Source: a virus. Taken from it: a stretch of 64,000 nt of DNA. The position numbers were made by a program, and so were the translations under genes. The stretch is from IMG/VR virus record IMGVR_UViG_3300030329_004481; one strand, 5' to 3'. The notes under the pieces are model-generated. The model worked only from the letters and a program-made list of their open reading frames with translations. It was not told where the DNA came from and did not search any database. Shown one piece after another: positions 57,632-64,000 of this stretch (positions are counted from its first letter, which is position 1; each line of letters begins with the position of its first letter).

Positions 57632-58171
57632 TTATACAGATGCAATTACTGTATTTCCACTTGGACTTGTTTTTTCAGTAAAATAATCATATCTAAATGT
57701 TATTGTATATTCTTGAAACCCTTCAGTGCTCCAATCCAAAGCCAAATCACCAACTGAAATAGGAAACGCATTTACTAATGAATATGTATTACCTTTACTT
57801 CCATCTTTATGAAGTTGAGTTATAGTATAGGTTTTGTAGTTAGTATTATTATGATCTCCATAACCTGTTGATCTACTACCTTCTCTTTTTCCAGATAATT
57901 TTTCCATTCTGTTAACTATAGTTTTTCTCAAGTCACCATCATCATTTAAAATTGTAATTGTCCATGGATCATATGTTCTATAACCTGCTAATTTAGTTGC
58001 ACGACCTCTCCAATTAATAGGAATAACATTTATATTATGTCCTGGCAATTGACCAGATCGAATCATATACTCATCTTTTGCTGCAATTTCTCCACCTGTG
58101 ATCGCGAACAATGTAGGTCTTGCACCACCACTAGCGAGTGCTGTTTTTAATTCTGTTACACTAAAAGCCAT
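57632..58171 (-). CDS. gp19: Tail tube protein paralogue 2
   Basis: GGARPTLF, WRGR..KLAGYRTYDPWTITILND, AFP, YTITFRYDYF. Confidence 0.88.
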   Translation of the reverse strand: MAFSVTELKTALASGGARPTLFAITGGEIAAKDEYMIRSGQLPGHNINVIPINWRGRATKLAGYRTYDPWTITILNDDGDLRKTIVNRMEKLSGKREGSRSTGYGDHNNTNYKTYTITQLHKDGSKGNTYSLVNAFPISVGDLALDWSTEGFQEYTITFRYDYFTEKTSPSGNTVIASV

Positions 58172-58198
58172 TTTTTTATTCCTTTTTTAGAAAATTAA

Positions 58199-58855
58199 TC
58201 AACCTGACGACCCGCTAGGTCCGGCATCACCTGAACCACCAACACCCCCAAGGCCAGTACTAGTAGAATATGAATTACCATGATCCGCATATGTATATTG
58301 CCATGTACAAGTAAATGTTTCAATTGTATTTACTGCATCATGACTTAAATCAATTGGTGAAACAGAACTTGGCCATAGACCTTTAAGATCAACTTTTGTA
58401 ACTGGTATTGAATTTCCAGTAGTTGAATCTTTTTTATCGTCTAATGAAAAAGAAGTAATAGTTGCTGAACCTAACATAGCGCTATGTGCTATACTTCCGG
58501 CTCCTCTAACGTTACCAACTGTTGAATTAATTTGTTCCATCCACCTTTCAATTCCAACTCTAATTTTCATACCTTCATCATTCAAAATGGTAGTTGTCCA
58601 ATCCCCAAATGTTGTGTCTCCTGCAAAATAAACAGTTCTGCCAAAATACGAAACAGGAATTTCTCCTATATTATATCCTGGCATTGCTGTAGAATTAACA
58701 AGAAAGCGAAATTGTGATCCATTATCGTCACTATCATTTAAACCCGTTGTAGTGATTGATGATGGTACAGTAATATTTACTTCAAATAGATTAGCTCTCG
58801 CACCAGATTTTGTAATGTTTCCAACAAAGGAATCTACACTAAACTTTGTTGCCAT
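58199..58855 (-). CDS. gp19: Tail tube protein paralogue 1
   Basis: GARANLFEV, YFGR..FAGDTTF.DWTTTILNDE, LWP, IETFTCTW.Y. Confidence 0.88.
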   Translation of the reverse strand: MATKFSVDSFVGNITKSGARANLFEVNITVPSSITTTGLNDSDDNGSQFRFLVNSTAMPGYNIGEIPVSYFGRTVYFAGDTTFGDWTTTILNDEGMKIRVGIERWMEQINSTVGNVRGAGSIAHSAMLGSATITSFSLDDKKDSTTGNSIPVTKVDLKGLWPSSVSPIDLSHDAVNTIETFTCTWQYTYADHGNSYSTSTGLGGVGGSGDAGPSGSSG

Positions 58856-58865
58856 TTATCTCTCC

Positions 58866-61103
58866 TTATTGTACTACTTCATTAAATGCAACACCAGTTC
58901 TAACTGCCACAAAACTAAGTTCAACAAAGTTGATGGATCTTGCTGGTTTCACATAAATTGCACCAACAAATTGATTTGAGTCAATTACTTGTGGTGTATT
59001 ATTTGATTCATCACACACTACCAAGAAATCTGTAATACCACCTCTTGCTTGAATATCTCTCAAGAAAGGATCAACAATAGAAACAAACTGTGATCTTGTG
59101 AAATCATCATTGAATTCAAAGAGTGCTTGTTCTGCCGCTTGTGAAATAGATTTCTCAAGTGTTATGAAAAGTTGTCTTACATTAATTCTATCAAAAGCAT
59201 TTGGTTTTGACAATAATGTTTTGTCTCCAAAAAGAACAGTTCCTTGTCCTGGAAATCTAACTACAGAATTAATACCCTTTGTGTAAAGTTTATCTCTATC
59301 TGCAGAAGATGGATTCCATGCAAGATCACCAACATTTCTAAGATTTCCTCTAGAAAAACCTGCTGGTGAAAAGAATGCTCCAGCTGTTTCTGATGTCAAG
59401 ACTGTTAGTCCAGCAATGTCAGCGTTTAATGGAATAAATCTATCTGTTTGGTTATGTCTATCAAATTGTTTTTTCCAACCAGAATCAACTACACCATAAG
59501 AAGAACTTGGTAAAGCGTTTCTAAATGCGACAACCGCATTAGCTTTATCTGCATTTCCTACAACATCTGATTTTTCAGGAGAAACAAAAGCCATACAATC
59601 TTTTCTGTATTCAGCAACATTTGTTATAATATGTGAAGCAACTGTTGAATTAGCCTCACCAGCAAATAGTACTGATACTGAAGTATCTGATGCTTCTTTA
59701 AATTTATCCCAACCTGCTGTATAATCTGCATTGGATAAATTTTGCAATCCATCTATTCCACCATTAAAAGAATATGTTGCTACCTTACCACAAGCTGGAA
59801 ATTTAACTGATCCTGCTGCATTTGATCCCCAAGATGATTCTGTACTATCATTAGAATTTTTAGTACTAATAGATCCTGATGGATGTGACATAAACCAAAC
59901 AAACCTATCATTGTTTAATTTATTCTTATAATAGTCTGGTGAATTTTTTGCAACAGAAACATTAAAATACTTTTGAATCTGTGTACCAGCAGTTGATGAT
60001 GTTCTTGTTGTTCCCCACATTCCAGTTTCATCAACTATTACAATATGAACTTCATCATTTGAAGCTCCAATGTTTTCACAAAATTGTGATGTTGTTGGTG
60101 CTTCCGCTTGTGTTTGAGAACTTCCAGGTGAACAAGCATATTCCCATTGTCTATTAAATGTTTTACTTGTCACTGCTGTTTTTGCTTTTGATACAAGTGT
60201 TAAAGCCGTATCAGATGCTATTGATGCAACTTTTAATCTTACTGAATTTGATGCATCATCTGTTACAGTAATAAAATCTCCAGGTTGTACTTGTCTTGTA
60301 AAAAATGTTCCAGTACCAGTTACCGATTTACTATTAACTGCAACTGATATTGTACCAAAAATAGCACTTGAATCTGATTCAAATCCAGAAGTTTTATAAA
60401 CATTCATACTTACTGTAGTTTGTGCTGTTACTGATGATGCTCCAGGTGTTTGTACAACATATGCAGTATCAGTTCCAGTTGTATTCATAACATTATTAAC
60501 TAAGTATTTTTCAGCACCAATCCAAATTGTATCATTGTCTCTGACTTCTTCATAAAAGTTGGCATCTGTACTAGACAATAATCCAGTTGTTCCATCAATT
60601 GTTATTGAACCAGTTAATGTCCCAGATTCTTTGTCTGGACCACAAATAGATATTTTTAAAGCGTTACCTCTTTGTCCCGCCCATTTTGCTACAAAAGGAC
60701 CATAAGTTCCATTTTCACTTCCACCAGTCGATGGATCATAATTAACTTCATAACCTTCTTGATTTTTAATTAGTACTGTTGCACCCTCTTGTGTTGCACC
60801 ATACGTTGTATTTGCTGTGGATGCATTTCTTGCTGAAGTGTTAGCAATTCTTGAAACTTCTACAGTACCTCCGTATGAAAGAAAGTTTGCACATGAATAA
60901 TATGAAACAAATGTACTTTCATCTGGAATGTAAAATTGGTCGTCTAATTGGGATACTGTTGAAACTCTACCTCTTGCTGGATCTTCGATTGGACCCCAAA
61001 GGAAAGGCCCGGAAAACCCACCTTGCGTTGTGGCTATAGTAGGTACGACAGTAGTTAAGTCTATCTCTCTAGTGAGTACACCAGGGCTTACTGTGAATGG
61101 CAT
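58866..61103 (-). CDS. gp18: Tail sheath protein
   Basis: SPGVLTREIDLT, F.WGP, NFLSYG, SPAGFSRG, FDRINVR, KPARSINF. Confidence 0.97.
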   Translation of the reverse strand: MPFTVSPGVLTREIDLTTVVPTIATTQGGFSGPFLWGPIEDPARGRVSTVSQLDDQFYIPDESTFVSYYSCANFLSYGGTVEVSRIANTSARNASTANTTYGATQEGATVLIKNQEGYEVNYDPSTGGSENGTYGPFVAKWAGQRGNALKISICGPDKESGTLTGSITIDGTTGLLSSTDANFYEEVRDNDTIWIGAEKYLVNNVMNTTGTDTAYVVQTPGASSVTAQTTVSMNVYKTSGFESDSSAIFGTISVAVNSKSVTGTGTFFTRQVQPGDFITVTDDASNSVRLKVASIASDTALTLVSKAKTAVTSKTFNRQWEYACSPGSSQTQAEAPTTSQFCENIGASNDEVHIVIVDETGMWGTTRTSSTAGTQIQKYFNVSVAKNSPDYYKNKLNNDRFVWFMSHPSGSISTKNSNDSTESSWGSNAAGSVKFPACGKVATYSFNGGIDGLQNLSNADYTAGWDKFKEASDTSVSVLFAGEANSTVASHIITNVAEYRKDCMAFVSPEKSDVVGNADKANAVVAFRNALPSSSYGVVDSGWKKQFDRHNQTDRFIPLNADIAGLTVLTSETAGAFFSPAGFSRGNLRNVGDLAWNPSSADRDKLYTKGINSVVRFPGQGTVLFGDKTLLSKPNAFDRINVRQLFITLEKSISQAAEQALFEFNDDFTRSQFVSIVDPFLRDIQARGGITDFLVVCDESNNTPQVIDSNQFVGAIYVKPARSINFVELSFVAVRTGVAFNEVVQ

Positions 61104-61127
61104 TTTTTTCTCCTATAAATATAATTA

Positions 61128-61134
61128 TATTTAG
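61128..61134 (-). promoter_or_regulatory. Late-promoter-like CTAAATA upstream of gp18
   Basis: Intergenic, about 25 nt before ATG. Confidence 0.5.
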
Positions 61135-61200
61135 TTGACTTTTAGCGTGTTAAGTATAGTTCTCTCAACCTACCAATAGTTCACGTATCTAATATATTTA

Positions 61201-62835
61201 TCAAATTTCGGAGTTCCAGTATTTACCAGAACGAAATTCTTGCCATCCATGATATTCGGTAGGATCTAATTCATCTTCAAAACCATCATTGTAAAAACCT
61301 AAAGGAAGGGAATGTTCATCATTCATTCGCTCTTGTTGTTCCAACAATTCTTTTCTAATATCTGAATTTGTTATTTCTTTAAAATATCTTTGATTAACCA
61401 ACCAACCAAATAAAACTAGACACATTACTAAGTCATCATTATATCCTTCTTCTGCTTGATAAGAAGTTCCTTTTTCAGCAAATGTCATAAATTCAGATAT
61501 AATATCAAAATCTTCAATAAGTAAATGATCTTTTTCTATTAGTTCTTTTAAAGTTGAACAACCCATTCTTTTCACTGCTTTGGATGTGACAATTCCAACT
61601 CTTGAATTTTTCTTAAATCCACCACTAACTTCTTGTCCACCATGTGCTGCTGATGTTATTATTGTATTTTCATATTCTATATCATAATATAAAATATCAG
61701 CAACCTGATTTCCATTTCCATTTGTTTCCACTAAAGCATAAGATCCATTATATTTTTTAGATATTTGTTCAACCACATGAGGAAATATGATTGGTGATAT
61801 TTCATTATTTCTATATTTTGCAACAACTTTATATGGTATTTGTGTAACATCTATAATTAGAAATGCAGAATAATCTTGGCCAATGCCTGAAGCAGTGTCA
61901 ACTAAAGTACAATAGATATGTCCCTTTTGCGGTTCTTCATATACATCAAGTTCTTCTTGTTTTCTTACTGGATTTCTATATGGCATGTTTCTTAATTTAT
62001 TTGGATCAATTAAAGTGTTTGTAGATCCTAAAAATTCACATTCAAATTCTTGTCTCCATTGTCTTTCACTTGTGTTATCAATTGTTTGTTTTTTCCATGC
62101 TTCATCTCTACCAGGAACATCATTCCAATTAATAGCAAATGGTATATAATTGTTTCTTTTTTCTTCCGCGTCAATCCACATCTTATAAAACTTATTCATT
62201 CCATTAGGAGTTGATACAATAAAAACTTTTGTAGATTGACCAGATGAAATAGTAGGATATACAGAGTCAAAAAATTCTTCTGCTAAAGATGGTGGATCAA
62301 CGTGTGCAAACTCATCAAGAAAAATTACATTAAATGAAGATCCTCGAACCGCAGATGATGATGTTGCTGCTGCCATTACTTTACTTCCATTTTCTAATTC
62401 GATATTACCTTTATTCCAAACTGTTATTCCTTGTTGTAACCAAGATGGTAAATGTTCAAAAGACATTTGCAATCTACTTAAAAGTTCTCTAGCAAGTGAG
62501 CCTTTGTTTGCAAGAATTCCAACTTGCACACTTTCATTAAAAAGTATATAATGTAAAAGGTAAGAAATGATTGTAGTTGATTTTCCAGACTGTCTAGGAA
62601 GTTTTGAAATTACAAATCTATTATTATGAAAGGTTTGAATCATCCTTTCTTGATATTCATATAATTTAAAAGGAACTAACCCGTGATCTACATGAACAAT
62701 TTGAACATAGTTTTCTATGAAGTATTGTGGATCAGTTGAACATTTAATTAATTCTTTTACTTGTTCAGGTGTAAAATTTATCTGAACATTTGAATTTTTT
62801 AAATTTGGATTACCAAGATAATTTTCAGAGGGCAT
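61201..62835 (-). CDS. gp17: Terminase large subunit
   Basis: YLGNPNLK, PRQSGKST, FLDEFAH, STPNG, QEFEC, DDLVM. Confidence 0.98.
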   Translation of the reverse strand: MPSENYLGNPNLKNSNVQINFTPEQVKELIKCSTDPQYFIENYVQIVHVDHGLVPFKLYEYQERMIQTFHNNRFVISKLPRQSGKSTTIISYLLHYILFNESVQVGILANKGSLARELLSRLQMSFEHLPSWLQQGITVWNKGNIELENGSKVMAAATSSSAVRGSSFNVIFLDEFAHVDPPSLAEEFFDSVYPTISSGQSTKVFIVSTPNGMNKFYKMWIDAEEKRNNYIPFAINWNDVPGRDEAWKKQTIDNTSERQWRQEFECEFLGSTNTLIDPNKLRNMPYRNPVRKQEELDVYEEPQKGHIYCTLVDTASGIGQDYSAFLIIDVTQIPYKVVAKYRNNEISPIIFPHVVEQISKKYNGSYALVETNGNGNQVADILYYDIEYENTIITSAAHGGQEVSGGFKKNSRVGIVTSKAVKRMGCSTLKELIEKDHLLIEDFDIISEFMTFAEKGTSYQAEEGYNDDLVMCLVLFGWLVNQRYFKEITNSDIRKELLEQQERMNDEHSLPLGFYNDGFEDELDPTEYHGWQEFRSGKYWNSEI

Positions 62836-63059
62836 TAATTTTTTACAATAAACTCAACTTCATTATTATTAATTTTTGCGGTAACTAATGTGTGTAAATC
62901 TTCTTTAATTGTAGATATATCTGTTTGTATTGAACTAATTCTTTCATTAATTACCGCAATATCCGATTTGTGGGTAACAACTTCCAATGACATCCATCCC
63001 ACCAAAGTTAAAGTAGCAGTGAGAAATATTGGTTCTACTAGTTTCCAATGTTCTGTCAT
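62835..63059 (-). CDS. Small protein with one TM segment and coiled coil
   Basis: 74 aa; stop overlaps gp17 start. Confidence 0.65.
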   Translation of the reverse strand: MTEHWKLVEPIFLTATLTLVGWMSLEVVTHKSDIAVINERISSIQTDISTIKEDLHTLVTAKINNNEVEFIVKN

Positions 63060-63073
63060 ATAAAACTTTAATA

Positions 63074-63361
63074 TTAACTTCCGTATGTTCCCATTGCATT
63101 ACTTGCATATGAAACAGAAGTTAAACTTGCTCCTGATCCAGTTGCAGCAATTGTGTCAGCTGGTGCTTTTCTAACAAGTAATGAATTACCTGCAGGAATT
63201 ATCAAAGTTCCGCTATTACCTGAACCATTTGTAACACTACCATCTAATGTTATTGTTACTGCCGCTCCAGCTGATGCTGCACACCAAACCATGGTTGCAT
63301 TAGAGAGAGTGGTTGCTGACCCTCCTGCATCTTGTGTTCCTTTTATACTAATTGCGTCCAT
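63074..63361 (-). CDS. Small Ala/Ser/Gly-rich beta protein, probably structural
   Basis: 95 aa; TATAAATA at 63381-63388 upstream. Confidence 0.7.
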   Translation of the reverse strand: MDAISIKGTQDAGGSATTLSNATMVWCAASAGAAVTITLDGSVTNGSGNSGTLIIPAGNSLLVRKAPADTIAATGSGASLTSVSYASNAMGTYGS

Positions 63362-63388
63362 ATTATTTTTTCCTTTTAAATATTTATA

Positions 63389-64000
63389 TTAACTCTTTGT
63401 TCTATACATTGAAGTCCAACCTGTGTCAGTATTGACGTAAACAAGCACAAAAGATGCACCATTTGTTGCTAGTGTAAGATCTACAGTATCTGCATTAATT
63501 TTATGACTATTCCTATCAATAGTAATATTATTAGTTGATGAATCATGACCGGCATCAACAATTTCTATTTGATCTCCCATAGAAGCGGATGCAGGTAATG
63601 TCATTGTTAAACCAGAACTTGGAGTATAAGTATCAACTAATAGTCTATCACCAGCAGATGCGGTATAATTTGTAGTTTTTAACTGCCAAGGTGAAATTCC
63701 ACCAGAGCCTGCTAAGTATGCTTTAATAGATTGTTGTGTTGCTAAAGCGGTATCACTATCTGATGCAAAATTATCTTCATCTAAAATTCTATCAACTCTT
63801 GAACCAGTTGAAAGACTTATTCCATATTCTGAAATATTAAGTTCTTCTGTTCCAGCTACACCAACACTTACGTTTGCATTTGTTCCTGAATCTGATATTG
63901 AAACATTAGATGATAGAACTTTAATTGAAGGTGCCACACCAGAATCAATATATGCTTTAATAGATTGTTGTGTTGCTAAAGCACTATCTGAATTTGTTGC
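63389..64000 (-). CDS. Tail-fibre-like protein C-terminus (5' truncated)
   Basis: Frame stays open to base 64000; repeated SD(S/T)ALATQQSIKAY; C-terminal YTASAGD..VDT..TMTLPAS..GD..GW domain. Confidence 0.8.
   Translation of the reverse strand, partial: ATNSDSALATQQSIKAYIDSGVAPSIKVLSSNVSISDSGTNANVSVGVAGTEELNISEYGISLSTGSRVDRILDEDNFASDSDTALATQQSIKAYLAGSGGISPWQLKTTNYTASAGDRLLVDTYTPSSGLTMTLPASASMGDQIEIVDAGHDSSTNNITIDRNSHKINADTVDLTLATNGASFVLVYVNTDTGWTSMYRTKS

Noticed and set aside
61135-61160. Plus-strand TTGACT...TATAGT promoter between gp18 and gp17
   Set aside because: Spacer is only 14 nt
26432-62835. Introns, inteins or homing endonucleases in gp43, gp46, gp20, gp17
   Set aside because: Uninterrupted ORFs of normal length; no such motifs seen
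302-63392. Numerous plus-strand and nested minus-strand ORFs in the track
   Set aside because: All overlap well-supported minus-strand genes or the tRNA and show no recognisable motifs; shadow ORFs
1-64000. CRISPR array, integrase, transposase or DGR
   Set aside because: No spaced repeats or relevant enzymes seen by eye

Overview
A 64-kb, AT-rich segment of a large T4-like myovirus, probably an uncultured aquatic phage of a Gram-negative heterotroph (inferred from sigma70-type promoters, periplasmic binding proteins and the absence of photosynthesis genes here). Essentially all real genes are on the minus strand and use the standard code. In transcription order (right to left): tail-fibre-like fragment; gp17, gp18, three gp19 paralogues, gp20, core genes, gp21, gp22, gp23, gp3, uvsY, uvsW; gp55, gp47, gp46, def; an anticodon-domain-less AsnRS-like gene, a C2H2 zinc-finger microprotein and an atypical long-variable-arm tRNA-Asn; a vWA/MoxR pair; gp45, gp44, [DruA-like + glycosyltransferase], gp62, regA, dut; sulfotransferase, hsp20 with a ROSE-like thermometer, Mom-like enzyme, M15 peptidase; gp43, uvsX; a ~9.5-kb nucleobase uptake/salvage island (PRTase, two binding proteins, complete ABC transporter, arylsulfotransferase, purC, prs, pyrF, HAD, pyrE-like); gp41; and a late cluster of virion or candidate capsid-internal proteins including a ligase-like and a HIGH-type nucleotidyltransferase. 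Best candidates for undescribed systems: (1) the minimal AsnRS plus class-II-shaped tRNA-Asn locus, (2) the import-plus-PRPP nucleotide island, (3) the capsid-targeted enzyme cargo. All family assignments come from motif recognition by eye; no searches were run.
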